From: Heterodontus francisci
Taxonomy: Eukaryota
Length of the DNA stretch: 64,000 nucleotides
Direction of reading: 5' to 3'
Assembly (NCBI RefSeq): GCF_036365525.1
Contig: NC_090372.1
Location: 16,827,630-16,891,629 of the forward strand
In this document: positions 12,283 through 24,632 of the stretch, piece by piece
Layout of the letters: each line of letters opens with the position of its first letter
Position numbering within the stretch: position 1 is the stretch's first letter
Notes under the pieces: model-generated
Database searches by the model: none
What the model saw: only the letters and a program-made list of their open reading frames with translations
Told to the model about the DNA's origin: nothing
Program-made: the position numbers and the translations under genes

Positions 12283-12411
12283 CAACAATTGTGAGCGAGA
12301 CGCTGTGATAATCTCAGTTATCAATGGCTTCACATCAGTGTACGCAGCCACAGTAATATATTCCATTATTGGTTTCCGAGCAACGGAGCAATTTGATAAT
12401 TGTTTTGATAA
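12283..12411 (+). CDS. SLC6A19: SLC6A19 coding exon 7, 129 bp
   Basis: Branch-point-like CTAAC at 12251, ccacAG acceptor, GTAAGT donor. Encodes [42 protein letters not shown] (TM7). Confidence 0.95.
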
Positions 12412-12654
12412 GTAAGTAAATTATCAGGGAATGAAGCTATCAATGTTAATTGTTTCTACTTTGCTGCATTAGATTGCTTAATTCACATTATTGGGTCATT
12501 CAAATGTTCAGCTCAAAAAGACTTCACATTAGCAGACAGCATGTAGAAAAACATAAACATAATTTTAAACATTTATTTTATGGTATGTTTGTTCAAGACT
12601 GCTCAATGTACTTAGAATCATCTTTTGCGCTTCCCTTTTCTATCTTGTGTTCCT

Positions 12655-13200
12655 TTCAATTCATTCTGGGGATGTGGGTGTCGTTGGCAAGACCAGTATT
12701 TATTGCCTATCCTTAGTTGCCATTGAGAAAGTGATGGTGGGCCTTCTTCTTGAATGGCTGCAGTCTGTGTGGTGAAGGTACTCTCACAGTGCTGTTCAGT
12801 AGGGACCCAGCGACCATGAAGGAATAGGGATATATGTTCAAGTTGTGATGTTGTGTAACTTGGAGGGGAACATCGAATTGGTGGTGTTCCCATGCACCTG
12901 CTGCCCTTGTTCTTTTACTTGGTGGAGGTTGCAGGTTTGGAAGGTATTGTTGAACAAGTCTCAGTGAGTTCTTGCATGCATCTTGCACATAGCGCACATT
13001 CGAGCTACTGTGCACCAGGTGGAGGAAGTGCATGTTTATGGTGGTGCATGGGCTGCAAATCAAGTGGCCTGCTTTTTCCTGGATGGTATTGAGCTTCTTG
13101 AGTGTTGTTGTAGTTGTACCCAACCAAGTGGAGAGTATTCCATTGCACTCCTGACTTGTACCTTTTAGCTGGTGGGAAGGCTTCGGGGAGTCGGGAGGTA
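12655..13200 (-). mobile_element. 'Family B' LINE 3' part (split by the CR1 insertion; continues at 16386-17400)
   Basis: Homologous to 19681-20513. The host sequence ggggagtcgggaggta resumes as gtaagccactcactgcagaat after the CR1. Confidence 0.8.
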
Positions 13201-16200
13201 CACGTGGCTGAGCAGCTGGTGTAGAAGGGAGGGTTTCAGATATCTGGACCATTGGGCTCTCTTCAGGGACAGATGGGACCTTTACAAGAAGGACGGGTTG
13301 CAACTAAACTGGAGGGGCACTAATATCCTGGCTGCAAGGTTTGCTAGCGTCACTCGGGAGGGTTTAAACTAGTGTGGCAGGGGGGTGGGAACCAGAGCAA
13401 TAGGACAGCTAGTGAAATAAATGAGGAGGACATAGTAAATAAGGCCAGTAGGACTAAGAGGAAGAGCAGGCAGGGAGATGTTGCTGAGCACAGTGGGACT
13501 GATGGTCTGAAGTGCATTTGTTTCAATGCGAGAAGTATAACAGGTAAGGCAGATGAACTTAGAGCTTGGATTAGTACTTGGAAATATGATGTTGTTGCTA
13601 TTACAGAGACTTGGTTGAGGGAAGGGCAGGATTGGCAGCTAAATGTTCCAGGCTTTAGAAATTTCAGGCAGGATAGAGGGGGGTATAAAAGGGGTGGGGG
13701 AGTTGCATTACTGGTTAAGGAGAATATCACAGCTGTACTGTGGGAGGACACCTCAGAGGGATCATGCAGCGAGGCAATATGGGTGGAGCTCAGGAATAGG
13801 AAGGGTGCAGTCACGATGTTGGGGTTTACTACAGGCCTCCCAACAGCCAGCGGGAGGTAGAGGAGCAGATATGTAGACAGATTTTGGAAAGATGTAAAGG
13901 TAACAGGGTTGTGGTGGTGGGTGATTTTAACTTCCCCTATATTGACTGGGACTCACTTCGTGCTGGGGGCTTGAATGGGGCAGAATTTGTGAGGAGCATC
14001 CAGGAGGGCTTCTTGAAACAGTATGTAGATAGTCCAACTAGGGATGGGGCCATACTGGACCTGGTATTGGGGAATGAGCCCGGCCAGGTGGTCGAAGTTT
14101 CAGTGAGAGAGCATTTCAGGAGCAGTGACCATAATTCCATAAGTTTTAAGGTATTTGTGGATAAGGATAAGAGTAGTCCTCGGGTGAAGGTGCTAAATTG
14201 GGGGAAGGCTAATTATAACAATATTAGGCAGGAACTGCAGAATTTAGATTGGGGGCGGCTGTTTGAGGGTAAATCAACATCTGACATGTGGGAGTCTTTC
14301 AAAAGTCAGCTGATTAGAATCCAGGACCAGCATGTTCCTGTGAGGAAGAAAGACAAGTTTGGCAAGTTTCGGGAACCTTGGATAATGCGGGATACTGTGA
14401 GCCTAGTCAAAAAGAAAAAGGAAGCATTTGTAAGGGCTGGAAGGCTAGGAACAGACGAAGCACTTGAGGAATATAAAGACAGTAGGAAGAAACTTAAGCA
14501 AGGAGTTAGGAGGGCTAAATGGGGCCATGAAAAGTCATTGGCAAACAGGATTAAGGAAAATCCCAAGGCTTTTTATACATATATAAAGAGCAAGATGGTA
14601 ACCAGGGAAAGGGTTGGCCCACTCAAGGACAGAGATGGGAATCTATGTGTGGAGCCAGAGGAAATGAGCAAGATGCTAAATGAGTACTTTGCATCAGTAT
14701 TCACCAAAGAGAAGGACTTGGTGGATGATGAGCCTAGGGAAGGGAGTGCAGATAGTCTCAGTCATCTCATTATCAAAAAGGAGGAGGTGTTGGGTGTCTT
14801 GCAAAGCATTAAGGTAGGTAAGTCCACAGGGCCTGATGGGATCTACCCTAGAATACTGAGGGAGGCAAGGGAGGAAATTGCTGGGGCCTTGACAGAAATC
14901 TTTGCATCCTCATTGGCTACAAGTGAGGTCCCAGAGGACTGGAGAATAGCCAATGTTGTTCCTTTGTTTAAGAAGGGTGGCAAGGATAATCCAGGAAATT
15001 ATAGGCCGATGAGCCTTACGTCAGTGGTAGGGAAACTATTCGAGAGGATTATTCGGGACAGGATTTACTCCCATTTGGAAACAAACGAACTTATTAGCGA
15101 GAGACAGCATGGTTTTGTGAAGGGGAGGTCGTGTCTTACTAATTTGATTGAGTTTTTTGAGGAAGTGACGAAGATGATTGATGAAGGAAGGGCAGTGGAT
15201 GTTATCTATATGGACTTTAGTAAAGCCTTTGACAAGGTCCCGCATGGCAGACTATACAAAAGGTGAAGTCACACGGGATCAGAGGTGAGCTAGCAAGATG
15301 GATACAGAACTGGCTCAGTCATAGAAGACAGAGTGTATCAGTGGATGGATGTTTTTCTGAATGGAGGGATGTGACTAGTGGTGTTCCGCAGGGATCAGTG
15401 CTGGGACCTTTGCTGTTTGTAGTATATATAAATGATTTGGATGAAAATGTAGCTGGTCTGATTAGTAAGTTTGCGGACGACACAAAGTTTGGTGGAGTTG
15501 CGGACAGTGATGAGGATTGTCAGAGGATACAGCAGGATATAGATCGGTTGGAGACTTGGGTGGAGAAATGGCAGATGGAGTTTAATCTGGACAAATGTGA
15601 GGCAATGCATTTTGGAAGGTCCAATGCAGGTGGGAGGTATAGAGTAAATGGCAGAACCCTTCGGAGTATTGACAGGCAGAGAAATCAGGGCGTACAGGTC
15701 CACAGGTCACTGAAAGTGGCAACGCAGGTGGATAAGGTAGTCAAGAAGGCATACGGCATGCTTGCCTTCATTGGTCGGGGCATAGAGTATAAAAATTGGC
15801 AAGTCATGTTGCAGCTGTACAGAACCTTAGTTAGGCCACACTTAGAATATTGCGTGCAATTCTGGTCGCCACACTACCAGAAGGACGTGGAGGCTTTGGA
15901 GAGGGTACAGAGGAGGTTTACCAGGATGTTGCCTGGTCTGGAGGGCATTAGCTATGAGGAGAGGTTGGAAAAACTCGGATTGTTTTCACTGGAACGACGG
16001 AGGTGGAGGGGCGACATGATAGAGGTTTACAAAGTTATGAGTGGCATGGACAGTGGATAGTCAGAAGCTTTTTCCCAGGGTGGAAGATTCAGTTACTAGG
16101 GGACATAGGTTTAAGGTGCAAGGGGCAAAGTTTAGAGGGGATGTGCGAGGCAAGTTTTTTACACAGAGGTTGGTGAGTGCCTGGAACTTGCTGCCAGGGG

Positions 16201-16385
16201 AGGTGGTGGAAGCAGATACGATAGCGACGTTTAAGAGACATCATGACAAATACATGAATAGGAAGGGAATAGAGGGATATGGGCCCCGGAAGTGCAGAAG
16301 GTGTTAGTTTAGGCAGGCATCAAGATCGGCGCAGGCTTGGAGGGCCGAATGGCCTGTTCCTGTGCTGTACTGTTCTTTGTTCTTT
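13201..16385 (+). mobile_element. Near-complete CR1 LINE (end of ORF1 plus ORF2 APE-RT, a few frameshifts)
   Basis: ORF1 esterase-like C-terminus (WCRREGFRYLDHW...DGLQLN). ORF2 has NARSI, AITETWL, GDFN, LDLVL, SDHN, PGNYRP, PQGSVLGP and KFADDTK. Tail is a (TTCTTTG) repeat. Confidence 0.95.
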
Positions 16386-17400
16386 GTAAGCCACTCACTG
16401 CAGAATAACCTGTCTGTGACCTGCTCTATTAGTCACAGCAGTTATGTAGCTGGTCCAATTGAGTTTCTGATCAATGGCGACCCTCAAGACATTGATAGTT
16501 GGGGATTCGGTGATGTAATGCCATTGAATGTCAAGGGGAGGTGACTAGCCTCTGTCTTGTTGGAGATAGTCATTGTGTGGCATGAATGTTACTTGCCATT
16601 TATCAGCCCAAACCTGGATGTTGTCCAGACCTTGCTGCATTCAGACCACAAACTTCTTAATTATCTGAGGAGTTGCCAGTGAAACTGAAGACTGCGCAAT
16701 CATCCCCAACTCTGACCTTGTGATGTAAGGAAGGTCTTTGATGAAACAGCAGGATGTATTTGGTTCTCGTATGCTGCCCTGAAGAACTCCTGCAGCGATG
16801 CCATGGATCTGAGATGATAGGCTTCTAATAACCACAATCATCTTCCTTATGCAGGAAATGACTCTGGCCAGAGAAGAGATAACCCCCTGATTTCCATTGA
16901 CTTCACTTATTCTAGGGCTCCTTGGAGCCACACTCAGTCAAATACTGCCTTGATGCCAAGGGCAGTCACTCTCACCTCACCTCTGAAATTCAGGTCGTTG
17001 GGCATCCATGAGGTCTGGAACTGAGTGTTCCTGGCAAAACCTCAAACTGGTCATCAGTGAGCAGGTTATTGGCGAGTAAGTGCCACTTGATAACACAATT
17101 GATGGCTCTTTCCATCATTTTGCTGATGATTGAGAGTAGGCAGATAGTACAGTAACTGTTTGAGTTGGATTTGCACTGCTTCTTGTGGACAGAACATACC
17201 AGGGTAATTTTCCACATTATTGTGAAAATGCCAGTAGTGTAACTGTGCTGGAACAGCTTGACTAGCAGTACAACTATTTTTGGAGTAGAGGTCATCAGCA
17301 CAACAGCTGGGATGTTGTTGGCACCCATTGCCATTGCTGTGCTCAGCAATTTCTTAATATCACATGGAGTGATTGAATTAGCTGAAGACTGGCATCTATG
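16386..17400 (-). mobile_element. 'Family B' LINE RT portion (degraded)
   Basis: ORF remnants GVLQGS and SNSYCTICLLSIISKMME. Continuous with 12655-13200. Confidence 0.75.
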
Positions 17401-17464
17401 CTGATAGGGTGCGTGTGTTTATATCGAGCTGACAGTAATGCTCATAAATTCCATTAAAATTCTA

Positions 17465-17897
17465 ACAGTACTCAATAGTGGACAATATTCTATAGTGAAC
17501 AGTGTTCTATAGTGGATGATATTCTATAACAGATAGTGTTCAATAGAGGACAATGATCTATAGTGGATGGTATTCTATAGTGGACAGTATTCTATAGGGG
17601 ATGGTGTTCTATAGGGAACGGTATTCTATAGTGGACAGTATTCTATCGGGGACGATATTCTATAGTGAACAGTATTCTATAGTGGACAGTATTCTATAGT
17701 GGACAGTGTTCTATAGTGGACAGTGTTCTATAGTGGACAGTGTTCTATGGGGGACAGTATTCTGTGATGGACATTATTCTACAGTAGACAACGATCTACA
17801 GCGGACGATAGTCGATCGTATTCTATAGTGGAAGGTGTTTTGCAGTGAAAAGTATTCTATATTGGATGGTGATCTATAGTGGAGGGCATTCTATAGT
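17465..17897. repeat. 17-bp minisatellite (TATTCTATAGTGGACAG)n, roughly 25 units
   Basis: Head-to-tail repeats are directly visible, most homogeneous at 17670-17750. Confidence 0.9.
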
Positions 17898-17899
17898 TT

Positions 17900-18168
17900 T
17901 TTTTATTCTTTCATATGATGTGAGCATTGCTGGCTAGGCCAGCATTTGTTTCCCACCCCTATTTGCCCTTGAGAAAGTGGTGGTGAGTCGCCTTGAATCA
18001 ATGCAGTCCATCTGGTGTAGGTATACCCACAGCTGTTAGGAAAGGAGTTACAGATTTTTGACCCAGCAACAGTGAAGGAACGGCGGGTGATTCTGATCCA
18101 AGTCAGGATGGTGTGTGACTTGGAGGGGAACTTGAAGGTGGTGGTGTTCCCATGCCCTTGTCCTTCTA
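17900..18168 (-). mobile_element. 'Family B' LINE 3' end fragment
   Basis: Same 3' terminus as 19681 (ggccagcattt...gcccttgagaaagtggtggtgag). Confidence 0.75.
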
Positions 18169-18169
18169 G

Positions 18170-19470
18170 GTGATAGCATGAAAATGAGGCAGAAGTGACT
18201 GATTCTCCCTTGTATTACCAAGCTGACATTTGTCAAACACTCCCTTTTTCTGCTCCATCCTACTCTCTAACTCCTTTATCATCCAGGGGATTTTGGCTTT
18301 TGTTGCCCTCCCTTGTAGAAATGTACCTAGACTGTATCCAATCCATTTCCTCCTTGAAGGCTGTCCATCCTCCATTAGATTTCTGCCTGGAAGTCTTTGA
18401 CTCTAATTTACCTGGGCCAGTTCCCTCCTCAATTTGTTGTAATTAACCCTCCTACAGTTAAGTATTTTTATTGTAGATTGCTCCTTCCCTTATGCATAAC
18501 TAATCTAAATTTTTTACTATGATCACTATTCCCCAGATGCACCCCACTGTGACTTCGCCACTTGACCCACTTCATTCCCTTGGACTAGACCCAGCAACGC
18601 CTCCTACTTCATTTAATAGCAAACATACTGATCAAGAAAGTTCTCCTGAACACACTTTGGAAATTCCTCTCTTTCCCCTGCCCTTAACACAATCACTACT
18701 GTACTCAATATTGGGATAGTTTATGTTTCCAATTATCACTAGTCTTATTTATGCACCTCTCAGTAATTTCTTTGCAAATCTGCTCCTCTGTCTCCTTTCC
18801 AATATTTGACGGCCTACAAAATACTCCAAGTAATGTATTATCCCCTCCATTGTTTCTTAACTCAAACCAAATAGATTCTGCTTTGACCCCTCAAAGACAT
18901 TTTCTCTTCCTAGCACTGTAATATTTTCCTTAATCAAAACTGCTACCCCTCCTCCTTTTCTTCTATCCTGAATACCATGTACCCAGAAATATTAAGTATC
19001 CAATCCTCTCCTTTTTTGAGCCAAGCCTTCCTTATCGCCCTCACATCATATTCCTACGAGGATCTGCAGCTCACCAATCTTACTAACCAAATGCACTCCA
19101 AACACGTTATATTTTCTATGATTCCACCTAATTCTGTATTATTTATAACTGTCTCTCCTAGTCCTCTGTGCACCCTGTTTTTACCTTTTAATACTGCAAC
19201 TTGGTGTCCAACCCAGTGCCAAATTAGTTTAAACACTCTGCATAGATTAACTTGCCCATGAGGATATTAGTCCCAGCTCTATTCAGGTGCAACCTGTCCA
19301 TCTTTAACAGATCCATCCTGCCACAGACCTGGACAATATGTCTCAGGAATTAGAGGCTCTCCCTCTTGGACCATATCACTAACCACACATTAACCTGTCA
19401 TAACCTCACATTTCTACTCTCACTAGTGCATAACACTGAGAGTAATCCAGGGATTAATAGCTTTGAGGTC
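18170..19470 (-). mobile_element. Old CR1 LINE fragment (endonuclease/linker region)
   Basis: Degraded remnants such as AKIPWMIKELESRMEQKKG. Reverse-strand similarity to CR1 13300-14500. Confidence 0.5.
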
Positions 19471-19574
19471 CTGTCGGAGCCAGGTAGAAGGCAAGTTCCT
19501 TCTTTTTCAGGTGCAGCAACAAGACAGTTGGGCCTGAAGGTTATATGACTGCTACCCTCAGCCAGAAACCAGTA

Positions 19575-21860
19575 ACGACAACAACAACAAATTGTATATA
19601 TATAGCACCTTTAAAGTGGCATAGCGCTCCAAGGCAATTCTCAGAAGCATTATCAAGCAACATGTGACAATAAGACACATTTTTTTTACATTCATTCATG
19701 GGATGTGGGCGTCGCTGGCCAGGCCAGCATTTATTGCCCATCCCTAATTGCTCTTGAGAAGGTGGTGGTGAGCTGCCTTCTTGAACCGCTGCAGTCCATT
19801 TGGGGTAGGTATACCCACAGTGCTGTTAGGAAGGGAGTTCCAGGATTTTGACCCAGCGACAGTGAAGGAACGGCGATATAGTTCCAAGTCAGGATGGTGT
19901 GTGACTTGGACAGGAACTTGCAAGTGGTGGTGTTCCCATGTATTTGCTGCCCTTGTCCTTCTAGGCGGTAGAGGTCGCGGGTTTGGAAGGTGCTGTCTAA
20001 GGAGCCTTGGTGCATTGCTGCAGTGCATCTTGTAGATGGTACACACTGCTGCCACTGTGCGTCACTGGTGGAGAGAGTGAATGTTTGTAGATGGGGTGCC
20101 AATCAAACGGGCTGCTTTGTCCTGGATGTGTCGAGCTTCTTGAGTGTTGTTGGAGCTGCACCCATCCAGGCAAGTGGAGAGTATTCCATCACACTCCTGA
20201 CTTGTGCCTTGTAGATGGTGGACAGGCTTTGGGGAGTCAGGAGGTGAGTTACTCGCCTCAGGATTCCTAGCCTCTGACCTGCTCTTGTAGCCACAGTATT
20301 TATATGGCTACTCCAGTTCAGTTTCTGGTCAATGGGAGCCCCTAGGATGTTGATAGTGGGGGATTCAGCGATGGTAATGCTGTGGAATATCAAGGGGAGA
20401 TGGTTAGATTCTCTCTTGTTGGAGATGATCATTGCCTGGCACTTGTGTGGCACGAATGTTACTTGCCACTTATCAGCCCAAGCCTGAATATTGTCCAGGT
20501 CTTGCTGCATTTCTAAGGAGGTATTAGGGCACATGACCAAAAGCATATAGTCAAAGAGAGGGTTTTAAGTCGCTTCTTAAAGGAGGGAAGAGAGAGAGAC
20601 CAAGAGGATTAGGAAGGGAATTCCAGAGCTTAAGGCATTGACAGCTGAAGGTGTGGATTAAAATTGGGACTGCGCAAGAGGCCAGATTTGGAGGATCACA
20701 GGTAACTCAGAGGGTTGCAGGGCTGGAGGAGGTTACAGAGATAGGGACGGGCCAGGCCATGGAAGCAATTGAAAACAAGGGTGAGAGTTTTGAAATTGAG
20801 GCGTTGTTTAACTGGGAGGCGATGTAGGTCAGTGAGCACAGGGGTGATTGGTGAACAGGGCTTGGTGTGAGTTAGGACATGGCAGCAGAATTTTGGATGT
20901 GCTGAAGTTTATGGAGGATGGAAGATGGGAGGCCGGCCAGGAATGTGTTGGAATAGCCAAGTCTAAAGATAACAAAGGCACGAATGAGGGCTTTAGCAGC
21001 AGAAGAGCTGAGGCAAGGGCGGAGTCAGGCAATGTTACGGAGGTGGAAATCGGCGGTTTTAGTGATGACACAGATATTTGGTCAGAACCTCATCTTGGGG
21101 TCAAATATGAGGTCAAGGTTGCAAACAGTTTGGTTCAGCTACATACATTTTCCAGGTAAATGGTTGCTGTCAATGACTAGGGAACGGGGTTTGTGGCAAG
21201 GCACAAAAACAATGGCTTTGGTCTTTCCAATATTTAGTTAGAGGAAATTTCTGCTCATCCAGAACTGGATGTTGGGCAAACAGTCTGACAATTTAGAGAC
21301 TTTGGAGGGGTTGAGAGAAGTGGTGGTGAGGTAGAGCTGAGTATCGTCAGAGTACATGTGAAAACTGATGCTGTGTTTTCAGATGATGTAAGATGAGCAA
21401 TAGGAGGGGCCAAGCTAGATCTTTGGGGGACACCAGAGGTAATGGTGCGGGAGTGGGAAGAGAAGCCATTGCAGGTGATTCTTTGATTATGGCCGGATTA
21501 GATAAGAATGGAACCAGGTGAATGTAGTCCACCCAGCTGGATAACGGTGGAGAGGCATTTGAGGAGGATGGTGTGGTCAACCTGTGAAAGGCTGGAGGCA
21601 GGTCGAGAAGGACAAACAGGGATAGTTTACTACCCTCTCAGTCACATAAGAAGTCATTGATAAGAGATATTTTAGTACAGTGACAGGGGCAGTAACCTGA
21701 TGGGAGCGATTCAAACATGCAGTTCTGTAAAAGATGGACACGCATCTGAGAGGCAACAGCATATTCAAAGACTTTGCAGAGGAAAAGGTGGTTGGAGATG
21801 AGGCAGTAGTTTGTCAGGACAGAGGGGTCAAAGGTGGGATATTTGAGGAGAGGGTAATGC
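19575..21860 (-). mobile_element. L2-clade LINE 3' region, interrupted by a 'family B' LINE at 19681-20513
   Basis: L2-type 3' end (aacaacaacaaattgtatatatatagcaccttt) at 19575-19680 resumes at aaggaggtattagg (20515). Reverse-strand QNSAA and PITPVLTDLH-like motifs. Confidence 0.75.
19681..20513 (-). mobile_element. 'Family B' LINE (CR1/L2 group), 5'-truncated
   Basis: ORF 20103-20546(-) encodes QQDLDNIQAWADKWQVTF...LSTIYKAQVRSVMEYSPLAW. 3' tail (minus strand) gggcaataaatgctggcctggccagcgacgcccacatcccatgaatgaat-polyA. Confidence 0.85.
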
Positions 21861-21975
21861 CTTCATATTCTTAATGAGCACAAAACAAATCTGAAAATGC
21901 TGTGTGTTATAAAGAATCATGTAATGTTAATTCATGTCTGATACATTCATTTCTGTGTTCTTTGTTTCCTTACAG

Positions 21976-22132
21976 CAATATCATGAGCTTGACCAATGCT
22001 TTTGATCTGCCAGAAACCAATCTGACCCAGGAGAACTATGATGAAGTCTTTCAGTACTTAAACAGTACCTATCCAGCAATCGTATCTGACCTGAAATTGA
22101 AGACCTGTGACCTGCAAACACTATTGAGTCAG
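21976..22132 (+). CDS. SLC6A19: SLC6A19 coding exon 8, 157 bp
   Basis: ttacAG acceptor, GTaaat donor. Encodes NIMSLTNAFDLPETNLTQENYDEVFQYLNSTYPAIVSDLKLKTCDLQTLLSQ (extended EL4 of the nutrient amino-acid transporter branch). Confidence 0.93.
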
Positions 22133-22454
22133 GTAAATGCCCTTAGCACAGACTATTTGTTCAAACTGCCTCAGCAGTGAATTCTTTAAATGCCCTCAGA
22201 TCCTTCTTACTTCTTTCTCAGCAGCTTTTTTTAGAAGGCAGATAAAAATGAGTATAGTCAAAACTAATGATCATGCACTTTCTATCATTCAATATTGCTG
22301 TTTTTCCATAAGTTCTGTCTCATTAAAGTAGTTTCTAAATGTAAATGCTGACGTAGTCAAAGATGTCTATTTTATGTAACATTAAAAGGCCACCAGTCAT
22401 AAGTGTATATGGAATATTAGCCACCCCTCACTAATGAGACAGCATTATTACCTT

Positions 22455-24632
22455 AAATAGAAACAAGAAATGCTGGAACCACTCAGCAGGTCTGGCAGCA
22501 TCTGTGGAAAGAGAAGCAGAGTTAACATTTCAGGTCAGTGACCCTTCTTCGGAACTGGCAAATATTAGAAATGTCAAAGGTTATAAGCAAGTGAGGCGGG
22601 GGTGGGGCAAGAGATAACAAAGGAGAAGGTGTAGTTTGGACCAGGCCACATAGCTGACCAAAAGGTCATGGAGCAAAGGCAAACAATATGCTAATGGTGT
22701 GTTGAAAGATAAAGCATTAGTACAGATAGGTTGTTAACGGACTGAAGATTGAACAGCAGCAAGTACAAACATGAAAAAAAAAACAGTGGGTAAGCAAACT
22801 GAAGAAGCTAAGATGAAATGAAGTAAGCATTAAAAAAAATTGTAAAAAATGCAAAAAAGAAATAAAGAAAAGAAAAAATTATAACTAAAAATAAAAGTAA
22901 AATGGGGGGCCCGTCATGCTCTGAAATTATTGAACTCAATGTTCAGTCCAGCAGGCTGTAGTGTGCCTAATCGGTAAATGAGATGCTGTTCCTTGAGCTT
23001 GCGTTGATGTTCACTGGAACACTGCAGCAAGCCCAGGATAGAGATGTGAGCATGAGAGCAGGGTGGAGTGTTGAAATGGCAAGCAACCAGAAGCACAGGG
23101 TCCTGCTTGTGGACTGAGCGGAGGTCTTCCGCAAAGTGGTCACCCAGTCTGCGTTTGGTCTCCCCAATGTAGAGGAGACCACATTGTGAGCAGCGAATAT
23201 AGTATACTACATTGAAAGAAGTCCAAGTAGATCGCTGCTTCACCTGAAAGGAGTGTTTGGGGCCTGGGATAGTGAGGAGAGAGGAGGTAAATGGGCAGGT
23301 ATTACACCTCCTGCGATTGCAGGGGAAGGTGCCATGGGACGGGGATGAGGTGGGGGGGGGGAGGGTAATGGAGGAGTGGACCAGGGTGTCGCGGAGGGAA
23401 CGATCCCTTCGGAATGCTGACAGGGGAAGGGAGGGGAAGATGCGTTTGGTAGTGGCATCACGCTGGAGGTGGCGGAAATGGCGGAGGATGACCCTTTGGA
23501 TATGGAGGCTGATGGGGTGGAAAGTGACGGTTCCACCCCATCAGCCTCCATATCCAAAGGATCATCCTCCGCCATTTCCGCCACCACCAGCGTGATGCCA
23601 CTACCAAACACATCTTCCCCTCCCTTCCCCTGTCAGCATTCCGAAGGATTCGTTCCCTCCGCGACACCCTGGTCCACTCCTCCATTACCCCCCAACATCT
23701 CATCCCCATTCCATGGCACCTTCCCCTGCAATCGCAGGAGGTGTAATACCTGCCCATTTACCTCCACTCTCCTCATTATCCAAGGCCCCAGACACTCCTT
23801 CCAGGTGAAGCAGTGATTTACTTGGACTTCTTTCAATGTAGTATACTGTATTCGTTGCTCACAATGTGGTCTCCTCTACAATGGGGAGACCAAATGCAGA
23901 CTGGGTGACCGCTTTGCGGAAGACCTCCGCTCAGTCCGCAAGCAGGACCCTGAGCTTCCGGTTGCTTGCCATTTCAACACTCCACCCTGCTCTCATGCTC
24001 ACATCTCTATCCTGGGCTTGCTGCAGTGTTCCAGTGAACATGAACGCAAGCTCGAGGAACAGCATCTCATTTACCGATTAGGCACACTACAGCCTGCTGG
24101 ACTGAAAATTGAGTTCAATAATTTCAGAGCATGATGGGCCCCCCATTTTACTTTTATTTTTAGTTATTATTTTTTCTTTGTTCTTTTTTTCTTTTTTGCA
24201 TTTTTTACAATTTTTTTAAATGTTTATTTCATTTCATCTTAGTTTGTTCAGTTTGCTTACCCACTGTTTTTTTTTTCATGTTTGTACTTGCTGCTGTTCA
24301 ATCTTCAGTCCGTTAACAACCTACCTGTACTAATGCTTTATCTTTCAACACACTATTAACATATTGTTTGCCTTTGCTCCATGACCTTTTGGTCAGCTAT
24401 GTGGCCTTGTCCAATCTACACCTTCTCCTTTGTTATCTCTTGCCCCACCCCCGCCTCACTTGCTTATAACCTTTGACATTTCTAATATTAGCCAGTTCCG
24501 AAGAAGGGTAACTGACCCGAAATGTTAACTCTGCTTCTCTTTCCACAGATGCTGCCAGACCTGCTGAGTGGTTCCAGCATTTCTTGTTTTTATTTCAGAT
24601 TTCCAGCATCTGCAGTATTTTGCTTTTATTAT
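22455..24632. mobile_element. Penelope-like retroelement inserted as a head-to-head inverted pair with 16-bp TSD
   Basis: Arms 22455-23522(-) and 23531-24595(+), extra tail 24596-24632. Both arms encode GTFPCNRRRCNTCP and a GIY-YIG motif NVVY(Y/C)IRCSQCGLLY(I/N)GETK. TSD AGCATTATTACCTTAA at 22441-22456 and 24633-24648. Confidence 0.92.
24494..24530 (+). ncRNA. Degenerate minimal hammerhead ribozyme motif in the PLE right arm (mirror copy at 22520-22556 on -)
   Basis: AGTT-CCGAAGA-A-GGGTA ACT GACCC-GAAA-TG-TT-AACT. The core has CCGA instead of CTGA and one stem II mismatch. Confidence 0.55.

Noticed and set aside
13372-16060. Intact, active CR1 ORF2
   Set aside because: Split across at least three frames (breaks near 13830 and 15260, plus one near 16050), and ORF1 is 5'-truncated. 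Not autonomous as assembled.
17465-17897. CRISPR-like array
   Set aside because: Contiguous 17-bp units with no unique spacers, no cas genes, and a eukaryotic intron context. It is a minisatellite.
22914-23243. Domesticated GIY-YIG nuclease gene
   Set aside because: Only the C-terminal end of the PLE ORF, with no RT, promoter or splice signals. The mirror arm has a stop near 23815 and a YIG-to-YNG change.
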